DNA from: Octopus sinensis | Taxonomy: Eukaryota | Reading direction: 5' to 3' | Assembly (NCBI RefSeq): GCF_006345805.1 | Contig: NW_021831968.1 | Location: 1 to 33,577, forward strand | DNA: 33,577 nucleotides | Shown: positions 1-10,444 of the stretch, piece by piece | Layout of the letters: each line of letters begins with the position of its first letter | Numbering within the stretch: position 1 is the stretch's first letter | Notes under the pieces: model-generated | The model's input: only the letters and a program-made list of their open reading frames with translations | What the model was told of the DNA's origin: nothing | Databases searched by the model: none | Position numbers and translations under genes: made by a program

Positions 1-8
1 ATATATAT

Positions 9-150
9 TCTCTTTTACTCTTTTGCTATTTTACTTGTTTCAGTCATTTGACTACGGCATGCTTATTCTTTTTGTAAGCCCATACTTATTCTATCGGTCT
101 CTTTTGCCGACCGCTAAGTGACGGGGACGTAGACACAGACACACAACATA

Positions 151-183
<33 letters not shown>

Positions 184-384
184 ACACCACATATATATAT
201 ATATATATATATATAACACCATATATACGACGGGCTTCTTTCAGTTTTCCGTCTACCAAATCCACTCACAAGGCTTTTGGTCGGCCCGAGGCTATAGTAG
301 AAGACACTTGCCCAAGTGCCACGCAGTGGGACTGAACCCGAACCATGTGGTTGGTAACAAGCTACTTACCACACAGCCACTCCT
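9..384 (-). mobile_element. SINE type A, near full length, with two internal deletions
   Basis: Reverse complement of the tRNA-like head (AGGAGTGGCTGTGTGGTAAG...GGTTCAGTCCC), CORE-like TTGGGCAAGTGTCTTCT, internal (TA)/(TG) tract and (GAGTAAAA)n tail; matches the copies at 11927 and 26616. Confidence 0.9.
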
Positions 385-595
385 ATATATATATATTATA
401 TATATATATATATATAGTATATATATATAATGTGTGTGTGTGTGGTGTGTGGTGTGGTGTGTATTTATAGACATATAATTAATAATAAATAGATATAAGT
501 CTGTTATTATAAATTACGCCTCCTCGCTAACAAATAAACTTTAAAAAAAGGGAGAAAGGATAATGGGTTTAATAATTCCTCTCCGTATCAATAAT

Positions 596-733
596 CCTTT
601 CTACTATAGGCACAGCGCCTGAAATTTGGAGGAGGGGACTAGTCGATTACATGGACCTAGTGTTTCACTGGTGTTTAATTTATCGACCCCGAAAGGACGA
701 AAGGCAAAGTCGACCGCGGCGAAATTTGAACCA
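596..733 (-). mobile_element. SINE type B2, 3' part, diverged
   Basis: Carries the B-family central motif AATTTATCGACCCCGAAAGGA.GAAAGGCAAAGTCGAC and the B2-type tail (GGCACA..GCCTGAAATTT on +). Confidence 0.7.
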
Positions 734-743
734 GTACCCATTA

Positions 744-850
744 CAGCTGAGTTCAAATGAAGTGCTTTGCTCAAAGGCACAACAAGCTATCCGCTCCAGG
801 AATTGATCTCACGACCTTATGGTTGTGAGCCGAACACTCTAACCAATCAC
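744..850 (-). mobile_element. Old tRNA-derived SINE head/core fragment
   Basis: GTGCTTTGCTCAAAGGCACAAC and GGAATTGATCTCACGACC...CTCTAACCA resemble a reverse-complement core plus B/A boxes. Confidence 0.45.
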
Positions 851-1000
851 TAGACCTTCAATTACAGCTGGGTATGAACTATTCATTTCTAAAAGCAGCC
901 CCACTACTTCCTCACTACCATGAAATAGACGTATATTTCATTGGTTGGCAAGTGTAGACATTAACTTTTCATCTGAATGTTATATATGTGTATAGATATC

Positions 1001-1002
<2 letters not shown>

Positions 1003-1038
<36 letters not shown>

Positions 1039-1280
1039 GTGTGTGTGTGTGTGTGTGTGCATGTCTACGTCTGTGTTTCCCACTGTCGCCGCTTGACAAC
1101 CGGTGTTACTGTGCTTACGTCCCCGTTACTTTGCAATTTGGCAAAAAAGAGACCCATAGAATAAGTACTAAGCTTTAAAAAAGATATTCCCGGGGTCGAT
1201 TTGTTCCGCTAAAACCCTTCAAGGCGGTGCTCCATCGTGGCCGCAGTCAAATGACTGAAACAAGTAAAAAGGAAATAAGA
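1003..1280 (+). mobile_element. SINE type A, 3' half preceded by (TG)n
   Basis: GCTTGACAACCG...ATAGAATAAGTAC...GGGGTCGATTTG...GGCGGTGCTCC...GGCCGCAGTCAAATGACTGAAACAAGTAAAA. Confidence 0.85.
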
Positions 1281-1734
1281 GATCAAAATACAACTTTCGC
1301 TCTCATAACATATTTTAAGCCGTTCACTATTTGCTGTAACCGGACATTCCAGCGTGAAGGAAACTGAGTCTCAAAAACTATGATTTATCCTGAATAAAAG
1401 GAAACTCTTCAATTCTAAAAGTTGCTGAATCCAACAAAGTACTTTGCGGCTCATATACTGCCAACATATCTCAAACAATTTCGCTTCTGTAAACAAACCC
1501 TGTCGAAATAACAGCGAAATATGAATACCTACCGTTCTCGTTCACGTACGGGTGATTAATTTCGCCTGTTTTTGAGTTGTACAGTGTTTTTAAGACTCAA
1601 CATCTTAAAAGCACTTTCCCAAGAAGAAATATCGCAACCTCAGATCGTTTAAACAAAACAAATACATGAAATATGCGACATCAATAATGTTTACATCGTT
1701 AGACTTGTTTCAAACGCATGTGTGTATCCTTTAT

Positions 1735-1870
1735 TTTCATCATTGGACTGAGGTCGGCCAATCTGAGCACCTTGAAGGTTTTTTTTATCGTACAAACCGA
1801 GCCCATGGTACTTATTCTATTGGTCTCTTTTACACGGTCTTTATAGCTTTTTCGCGGCTTATGTTGTGAT
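1735..1870 (-). mobile_element. Highly diverged SINE A 3' fragment
   Basis: TCATTGGACTGAGG...GAGCACCTTGAAGG...GTACTTATTCTATTGGTCTCTTTT resembles the reverse complement of the A tail. Confidence 0.5.
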
Positions 1871-1965
1871 CGCTTACCAGATATGAGCTCACTATAAAGA
1901 AGACGCTTTGGATACTCTAACAAAATTATGCAGTATTTAGTTATATTTGACAGAATTCGAAGATT

Positions 1966-2182
1966 CTTATTTATTTATTGCCCACAAGGGGCTAAACATA
2001 GAGGGGATAAACAAGGACAGACAAACGGATTAAGTCGATTACATCGACTACAGTGCGTGACTGATACTTAATTTATCGACCCCGAATTTATCGGCGGAAT
2101 TTGAACTCAGAACGTTGAGGCAGACGAAATACCGCTGAGCATTTCGCCCGGTGTGCTAACGATTCTGCCAGCTCGCCGCCTT
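1966..2182 (-). mobile_element. SINE type B, full length, small internal deletion
   Basis: Reverse complement of GGCGGCGAGCTGGCAGAATCGTTAGCAC...GAGTTCAAATTCCGCCG...TTAGCCCCTTGTGGG; matches the copy at 21337. Confidence 0.9.
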
Positions 2183-2377
2183 TCGAAGATTCTGGTACTG
2201 CGCAACCGTTCTTAGTGTAACACGAAATACACACACACATACACACATATAACTGTATATATATGTGTGTGTTGTGTGTGTGTGTGTGTGTATGCGTGTG
2301 TGTGTGTGTCATGTGTGTGTGTGTGAGTGTGTGCGCGTGTGTAACTATGTAAGTGTATATGTATAGGTTGGCTGTAT

Positions 2378-2567
2378 GTGTTTGTCCTCCACCTGGCAAC
2401 CGATGTTAGTTTATTTACGAACCCGTAACTTAGCAATTCTTTAAAACTGACCGGTAGAATAAGTACCAAACTCAAAATTATGGACTGAGGTCGATTTGGA
2501 TTATAAAAAAAGCTTTCAAGGTGGCCCAGAATGACCGATCGTAGTCCCACTGATTGAAATAAAGGAT
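2378..2567 (+). mobile_element. SINE type A, 3' half, diverged
   Basis: GCAACCGATG...GTAACTTAGC...TAGAATAAGTAC...GGTCGATTTG after a (TG)-rich tract. Confidence 0.65.
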
Positions 2568-2574
2568 ACGTGTG

Positions 2575-2625
<51 letters not shown>

Positions 2626-2763
2626 ATATATAGATTATAATATAGTTAATCCAAACAGAAAAACACAAAAAAAAAATAATAAAAATTTAAAAAACACAGC
2701 AACGCGAGGACGTGGAACAAATAAAGTATTATTGGACGCTCAGGAAAGAAGGGAAGAAGGAGG

Positions 2764-2797
2764 GTTTAACGTTTCGAGCTAGCTCTTCGTCGGAAAC
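2764..2797 (-). ncRNA. Minimal type I hammerhead-like motif (U4C core variant) in a probable Penelope-like pLTR remnant, about 2700-2850
   Basis: Minus strand GTTT-CCGACGA-A-GAGC-TA-GCTC-GAAA-CG-TT-AAAC: stem I GTTT/AAAC, stem II GAGC/GCTC, loopless self-complementary stem III. Confidence 0.6.
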
Positions 2798-2851
2798 ATA
2801 GGAGAAGGAAAGATCCCGAGAAGGGAAGACAGAGGAAAAAAATCGGCAGCG

Positions 2852-2928
<77 letters not shown>

Positions 2929-2995
2929 AAGACAAAAACAGTCTATGAACAACAAGCAAAGGTAATAGTTTAATGCTTGGGAAAAATGAAAAAGT

Positions 2996-3031
2996 CTGTT
3001 ACGTTTCGAGCCTACGCTCCTCTACAGAAAG
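2996..3031 (-). ncRNA. Degenerate minimal hammerhead-like motif, same family as 23195-23230
   Basis: Minus strand CTTT-CTGTAGA-G-GAGC-GTAG-GCTC-GAAA-CG-TA-ACAG; one stem I mismatch. Confidence 0.45.
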
Positions 3032-3061
3032 GAATAAGAGAAACACACGCACACCCTCACA

Positions 3062-3122
<61 letters not shown>

Positions 3123-3254
3123 CACAGACACACACGCACACACACATATATATAATCTTATCTATATATACGTAAAATATAGGGTAGCAAGTTTGTTTTT
3201 TAAAATTTCACTACCAGTGTCCTAGCATGTATAAAAAGTCAATAGACAACATAT

Positions 3255-3652
3255 TCTCAATATATAAAAGTGAAGTTGTGTGTCTGTCTCCTACGATTTA
3301 GATTCCTAACTACTCCCACATTTTGCGCTGCAGTTTAACCAAAACCGGGTATCTTATAGTCGTGATTCATATCGAGCCTTTCTGGGTATTAACGCGCGTC
3401 TACGATGAGTCTACGATTTAAAAAAAAAATTACCATCATTTTTTTCCATTTTAATGCATTTTTTCCGCTATTATATAAGGAAAGTAACTCTCTAAAAATG
3501 TCTACGATGAGTCAATGAGTTTTAAAAAAAATTACCATCATTTTTTTTCTATTTTTAATGCATTTTTTGCTATTTTTTGGCTATGCCTCTCTAAAAATGC
3601 TTATACAGTTATTTCCCTTACAAACCCGAGCAACGCCGCGCGATACTGCTAG
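3255..3652 (+). mobile_element. Non-autonomous Helitron
   Basis: 5' TC start (TCTCAATATATAAAAGTG), subterminal GC-rich CCCGAGCAACGCCGCGCG, 3' CTAG at 3649-3652 followed by T; homologous to 31253-31650. Confidence 0.75.
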
Positions 3653-4177
3653 TTCTCAATATATTGAGAATGTACACTAATCTTATCTATATATAAACAT
3701 ACATACATGCACACACAGACATATATATATATAATGTGTGTGTGTATGTGTATTATGCATATATTATATTATGTATGTAGAATGCCTTTATTAGATATTT
3801 TCGACTCAATACCCATATCAACATTCCGCTCCTATTCCTGTATTACTCTATAACAGTATTATCCAAGGATTGGCTAGAATATTAACATAAACATGCGTTA
3901 CTGGAATAACTAGAAAACCAATAGAAAGAGAGAGAGAGAGAGAGAAAGAGAGAGGGACTGAGAGAGAGAGAGAGAGTGAGAGAGAGAGGGTGAGGAACAA
4001 GAAGAATGAGGATAAGCAAGAGAATAAAATACATGTTCATGGGTGTATATGTGCGCGTGTGTGTAAGCATATAATGTGTATATGCTTATTATATATTGTT
4101 CATATAAATAACATATATATGCATAATATATATACGTATATGTACATACTTACATCTGTACGTATATATATATATAT

Positions 4178-4236
<59 letters not shown>

Positions 4237-4261
4237 TCAATGTTATAATTCCCGAATAGAT

Positions 4262-4342
4262 TTTCCTGGCTTGCTATTCTCAGTCAAACAGTCCAACCCA
4301 TGCCAGAATGGAAAGCAGATGTTAAACGATGATGATGATGAT
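4262..4342 (+). mobile_element. Retroposon 3' tail fragment ending in (GAT)n
   Basis: GTCCAACCCATGCCAGAATGGAAAGCAGATGTTAAACGATGATGATGATG has the form of a LINE/SINE 3' terminus with a tandem-repeat tail; family not assigned. Confidence 0.4.
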
Positions 4343-4446
4343 GTATAATGATATATATATAATTTTGATAGATTGTCACCCATTTAATGTTTAGGTAAAC
4401 TTCGTCATCCCCTCCCTCACTCTCGCTTTCTTTCTCTCTTTCTCTT

Positions 4447-4496
<50 letters not shown>

Positions 4497-5658
4497 CTTA
4501 AAAAAATGAAACACATTTCGGCGCCAAAAATACCAAAGGGAAAATCTGTTCGGTATTATTATATATATTATATCCAGTGATTTTAAGAGGTAGGAAAAAT
4601 ATATTTTGTTAATATTATACTTTTACACCGTTTCACACATATATGCAAAAACTTTAACGTGGTTTTTTTTTTAAGATGAATTTATCGTTTGTTATCTCTC
4701 CACTGACTTCGGTACCATTTTAACTTCTATAATCTCTGTATTTTCACTTATTCATTTCAAACTTCTTTGAATTTTCAATCTAATGTAATCCACACTCTCT
4801 CGAAAACGTATTTCTGCAAAAATGTTATCTAAAATTATGGGTAAAGAAAGAAATAGCAAAAATATTTGAAAATGGAGTTGAGAATGAAATTTCCGAGGGT
4901 TTCACCCCCACCCCACTCTACCCAGTTTTCCTGACCCCCCCCCCCCCCCAAAAAAAAAAATGGTTTTGTAGCATATTAGGAAGGCACCGGAATTCAGTAA
5001 ACGAAAAAATAAACTTCCAATGATTCCGGGATATGATGGTGTCCGGTTTCCCACCCCACCTTTTTTCCGAACAAAAATAAGGAGTTTGCAGCGTATTAGG
5101 AGGTCAGGGTACTTGTTTCCACGCAAGAAAATCCACGTTTTTACAAAAATTTTCTTAGTGAAAATCGTGCGGGTGAAAGAATCAAATGATACCGAATTTT
5201 CGTCCGTTACTGATGTATTACAGTGCTTTTTTAACATTGTACGTCTATAAGAGATTCTCTCTCAGAACAAACACCGAAGTTAATTAGGCTTTCAGTAATG
5301 CATATGTTTTAATCTAGATGCACATATTGCTATATCTTAAAATTTCTTTCCAATGAACACTTTGGGAACGTATCCAGATATCTATTTCTTGTGAGAAGAG
5401 AGAAACGGTTGATTATTTTCCCAAATTTTAAACATTAATTTAAGTGTTTACTTTCAGCTTTAAAAAATGGCTACTGTTGAGCAGAGATAACTAAACAGTT
5501 TAAATGAATACCACAGAAGGTAAACAAGAAGAATACGAAAGTCACTTTGATAACACAAGAAAATGTAAATATTTTTATAAGAAAACAAACAATTTTTTGG
5601 GGCAGAAAACAAACATATTGAAGTAGTTATTCTAAATGACATAGCAAACAATATCGAA

Positions 5659-5668
5659 ATGATGATGA

Positions 5669-5702
<34 letters not shown>

Positions 5703-6110
5703 GGTGGTGGTGGTGGTGGTAGTGGTGGTGGTGGTGTTGGTGGTGGTGGTGATGATGATGATGGTGATGGTGGTGGTGATGATGATGATGATGACGATGA
5801 TGATGACAACGACGAAGATGACGACGGCGGCGGCGGCAGCAGAGGCAGCAGCGGCGGTGGTGGTGGTGGTGGTGGTAGTGTTGGTGGTGGTGATGAGTGT
5901 GATGATAGTGGTGACGGCGGCGGTGTTGGTGATGTTAGGGAATAAGCTGATGGTGATGGTGATGATGATGAGGAGGAAGAGGAGGCTGATGATAATAATA
6001 ATGATGAAGAGATGATGATGATGATGATGATGAAAAGGAGGATGTGGTGGAGGCTGATGATGATGATGATGATGGTGACAATGATGATTAATGATGACGA
6101 TGATGATGGG
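5659..6110. repeat. Compound trinucleotide microsatellite (GAT/GGT/GAC/GGC/GAG)
   Basis: Read directly; accounts for the poly-M/V/P/S ORFs 5627-6205 and 5659-6015. Confidence 0.97.
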
Positions 6111-7165
6111 GGAGAAATGGGAAGATGGTAGGTTTTTCTTCTTTTTTCTTTACCACAATAATGATGAAAGAACAAAAAACAAAGAAAATATTTCCACACC
6201 CCCAACTGTTGAGAAAATAGAGTAGAAATCAGGGGCTTTTTTGTGTGTTTTCATGATCCTTTAAATAATTAATTAGCTAACTTAACAATCAGAGAAAATG
6301 AATTAATTTCACGTGAAGCTTAAACATTTCCATCTTCAACAACAGGTAAAAAAAACTGTTCTTTGTCCCCTCTGCACAGTCGATCTAATGACCTATGTGA
6401 AAACACAATAATTCAAAGGGTAGTACATTTTTACATGACCCCTTCATAGAATCTTTGATAACTCAACGACCCCATCACATAAATTTATAAAGTACGATTA
6501 GAAAGTATAATTGATAAAAATATTCCTTAATTTAAATCAAATTCTTTCGCTCTTTTGTGTTATTACCGCTTTTTAATAAGAAATACTTCATGAGATTTAA
6601 TGAAAATACAGAACGTAAGTCGATAAAGAACAATAAAAATTCAATCATTTTATAATATAGTCAGAATATTCAATGTGAAATATGTGTCTGGTGAATAAAT
6701 ATTAGTTACTGCATCACTATTTTAGAAATAGCAGCCAGAAGACTACTATTTCCTTTTACTACAAAAATAAGTCTCCACAGACAACAATACCGAAATACTA
6801 CTAGGTGAAATTTGTTGATTTTATTAAATTAATTATATTTCAGCCTATATCTGTAATGACTATATATATATATATAATATATATCGGCTGTCTTCAGAAA
6901 ACCGTAAAATGCAGAAATCCGGGCCACTTCCAGTTTCAAGATTACCGTACAATTATATTTTCCAGGTTGTATTACATTTTCCAGATTCGTTCCCGGGCAA
7001 ATATTTTTACCTAAAATAATCTGATATAGAGAGTTGTTTGACTGCATTATTCAATTTTTTTCCAACATATTTAGTTGACAACTCCATATATTCTATGCGT
7101 CGTAGTAGCTTTTTACTTAATACCTAGAAGCGTACGATCTGTGATTATCAAATGAATAATATACA

Positions 7166-7232
<67 letters not shown>

Positions 7233-7274
7233 TATATAAATTGATCAAAATAAAAACATGATGCCAAGGATTCA

Positions 7275-7351
7275 GCGGTACATATGTTTCGGGCCTTTAT
7301 TAGACAGATTATAACAATGCATAATGTATGTCTGTGGCCTTCTTCAGCCGC
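7275..7351 (-). ncRNA. Type I hammerhead ribozyme (left arm)
   Basis: Minus strand GCGG-CTGAAGA-A-GGCC...GGCC-C-GAAA-CATATG-TA-CCGC. Confidence 0.8.
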
Positions 7352-7581
7352 GCACAACAGCTTCCACAAGGACATGTGTTACATCAAAAATTTTCTGGTT
7401 GGGGATGCAAATCCTCTCATTCGCGTACGACATAATGCGGCAACAGCATAGAATTGAAGCGTCATCTCTTTCTTCTCTCAATGTAGAATGTTGCCGCATT
7501 ATGTCGTACGCGAATGAGAGGATTTGCATCCCCAACCAAGAATTTTTGATGTAACACATGTCCTTGTGGAAGCTGTTGTGC

Positions 7582-7658
7582 GCGGCTGAAGAAGGCCACA
7601 GACTACATTATGCATTGTTATAAATCTGTCTAATAAAGGCCCGAAACATATGTACCGC
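7582..7658 (+). ncRNA. Type I hammerhead ribozyme (right arm)
   Basis: GCGG(7582-85) CTGAAGA(7586-92) A GGCC(7594-97)...GGCC(7638-41) C GAAA(7643-46) CATATG TA(7653-54) CCGC(7655-58); all conserved core bases present, GUA cleavage triplet. Confidence 0.8.
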
Positions 7659-7761
7659 TGAATCCTTGGCATCATGTTTTTATTTTGATCAATTACTACC
7701 ACCCACCTACACCACCAAACGGTATATACAGGTGCTTATAATTATCAAGTACTCACCCCGA

Positions 7762-7796
<35 letters not shown>

Positions 7797-7799
<3 letters not shown>

Positions 7800-8348
7800 T
7801 TGACCACTTTGACCGACCAGTCCGTCAGGCGTCCATTTGACACCGCTGGTCACAAAACGCTGTCCACTCCTCTCTGGATCGCGCCTTTCTCATCCACGTG
7901 ATCCCAATCGTCCTCTTGAAATCGTCACTCCACCGTCGTGGAGGTCTTCCTGGTGGTCTTTTCCGCTCGCGCGGGTACCACTCGACAACTGTGTGCGTCC
8001 ACCGATTATCGGTGAGCCGGGCGACGTGTCCAGCCCATCTATACTTGCTGCGAGTATACTCTGCGATGACATCTCTCACGCCGGACTTCTTTCTGATAAT
8101 GTTGCTATTTATGTGCTCTCTCAACGAGATACCATTCATTGACCTTTCCATGGCTCTTTGAGCCGTTATCAGTCTTTGCTCTTCTCTCTTTGTGGTAGCC
8201 CATGTTTCACTACCATATAACATTGCAGGCAGAACTGCACTGTTAATGAGGTTGGCGCGGGTGGTCCTGTCCAACCTTCCTTTGAGCACATCCCTTATGC
8301 CATTGAACGCCTTCTATCCGGCCCTTACTCTCCGTGAGATCTCCTTTT

Positions 8349-8350
<2 letters not shown>
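7797..8350 (-). mobile_element. 5'-truncated RTE-clade LINE (RT C-terminal region and 3' tail), inactivated
   Basis: ORF 7825-8289 has LYGSETW, AQRAMERSM, RWAGHVAR, RPPGRPPRRWSDD. Upstream in-frame KEISRRVRAG*KAF has TAG at 8314-8316, where W is usual. Tail GGTCAAAGTGGTCAAGTG; (TA)n on both sides. Confidence 0.9.
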
Positions 8351-8409
<59 letters not shown>

Positions 8410-8582
8410 ATAAGGTGGCGTGCTCATCATTCCTGCGTCCTGGTTCCTACATTTACCGCCCAGGCATTCTTGATTAACTTAGCCCCAACTGTGGAACAAA
8501 TTATCTGTAAATTGATAAATTATCCAAGCAATCTTCTAATTGGAAAGTTCCGAAAAGGTTTTGTGCGTGTGTGTGTGTGTGT

Positions 8583-8620
<38 letters not shown>

Positions 8621-8829
8621 TGTGTGTGTGTACGTGTGTGTGTGTATGTGTGTGTGTGAGTGTGTGTGTGTATGTATGTAGACAGATAGCGATACATGCA
8701 TACACACATGCATCCATACATTTATACATACGCATATGCATACATACATGCATGCGCACATACGCACATAGACAGACAGACGGACAGATAAAGAAACTGA
8801 GAAATTCAGTCAGGTAGTCAGATAAATCA

Positions 8830-8867
<38 letters not shown>

Positions 8868-9254
8868 TATATATATATATATATATCTATATATATAATA
8901 TATTATATATATAATATATACATGGATACATACCTACAAATGCACATACATACACACATACATACACACACAAACATTCATACAAGCCGATTAGCTTAAT
9001 GATTTGCTTAGCTGACAACAACATCATTTATAATCAACAACAGATTAAAAGGAGACTGCAGATCGTAACGAATCAGTTAAGGCTGACTCAACCTGAAACG
9101 AATAAAACACTTGAGATTCATTTCCAATGCAACCGGTAAATATAACTAATTTGCTCCTCGAACGAGAAATTTTCCCCGATTTAAAGTAGCGATCATACGT
9201 AAAAAGATCAACTACCCACTCCTCCTATTCTACTTACCATCCCTTCTAATATTT

Positions 9255-9286
9255 ATACATTGCATATATATATATATATATATATA

Positions 9287-9331
<45 letters not shown>

Positions 9332-9341
9332 ATATATATAG

Positions 9342-9380
<39 letters not shown>

Positions 9381-9501
9381 ATTGTATGAAAGTACTATAT
9401 ATATATATAATATTATATACATAATATATATATATATATATAACGATATATATATATCTATTATGCATATACATATATACATACAAATATATAGTATATA
9501 T

Positions 9502-9546
<45 letters not shown>

Positions 9547-9559
9547 GTACTTTCATACA

Positions 9560-9609
<50 letters not shown>

Positions 9610-9759
9610 ATATATTATATATATATATATATGGCGTACGTACAAATATATATGTACATATACATATTATATATATATATATTTATATATAGAAGGAGCT
9701 TCTACAGGACTAGAACTGTTTCATCAAAAGAAATCATCAGGAAGCTAGTTGACATATAT

Positions 9760-9815
<56 letters not shown>

Positions 9816-9882
9816 CTATTATGTATATACATGCATACAAAAATATATATTTATGTGTGTGTGTGTAAGTATGTATATATGC

Positions 9883-9922
<40 letters not shown>

Positions 9923-10030
9923 ATATAGGCATATGTATATATATATATGCATATGCATATATATGTGTGTGTGTGTGTATGTATGTACGTTTAGTGTGTG
10001 TGTATGCGCGTGTATGTGTGTGTATTCCTA
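9255..10030. repeat. Long degenerate (TA)n/(TG)n microsatellite field
   Basis: Read directly; source of the poly-IY ORFs. Confidence 0.95.
9697..9746 (-). ncRNA. Type I hammerhead ribozyme in a roughly 65-bp cassette within (TA)n
   Basis: Minus strand AGCTTC-CTGATGA-TTTCTTTTGAT-GAAA-CAG-TTCTAGTC-CTG-TA-GAAGCT: 6-bp stem I, stem III CAG/CTG plus the A-U pair, GUA site; stem II weak. Confidence 0.7.
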
Positions 10031-10373
10031 TCTAATTCAAACCAGATAAGTCTCTGATTCAATTAGTTATGTAACCATGCACTCCATAGTCTCGCCATAA
10101 GAAACCAAAGTCAAAAAGAGCCCCCTGCGTGATCACTCAACATGCTAGATATAACATCTAAATCTTACTCAAATCACAACCGACCACGAGAAAAAATGGA
10201 AAGATTTCACTGAGTAACGAAACCCGAAATACAAACTTATTGCGAGATAAAATATGAAACGGGATGATCACCTCTAAAACGACTTTTCTTGAAGCCTGCG
10301 TAATTGAAGCCTTTAACAAATGCAATAAGTTGCTGAAAAGCGAAAGTAGATGCTGAACTGCTAGAATATATAC

Positions 10374-10443
10374 AGACAGACAGATCGTAAGACAGACAGA
10401 TCGTAAGACAGACAGATCGTTAGACGGAGAGATCGTAAGACAA
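10374..10443 (+). repeat. 16-bp tandem repeat (AGACAGACAGATCGTA), about 4 copies
   Basis: Read directly; the last copies are degenerate. Confidence 0.9.
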
Positions 10444-10444
10444 A

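Larger units (their letters stand above)
7239..7694. mobile_element. Fold-back element: about 207-bp inverted arms with a 43-bp spacer, one hammerhead per arm (inverted Penelope-like pLTR pair or retrozyme)
   Basis: 7239-7445 is the near-perfect reverse complement of 7489-7694, with a few small indels/substitutions; the outer AATT could be a 4-bp target duplication. Confidence 0.85.

Noticed and set aside
4897-4950. G-quadruplex-capable tract on the minus strand
   Set aside because: Mostly a C homopolymer of uncertain length with no promoter or gene context, so no function can be supported.
7446-7488. Palindrome spacer as a missed sequencing adapter
   Set aside because: The spacer does not match the SMRTbell adapter as recalled, and the inversion ends after about 207 bp with unrelated flanks; a raw-read check is still advisable.
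10374-10443. Short regular repeats as a CRISPR array (also 16173-16806)
   Set aside because: Head-to-tail repeats without unique spacers, in a eukaryotic context with no cas genes.
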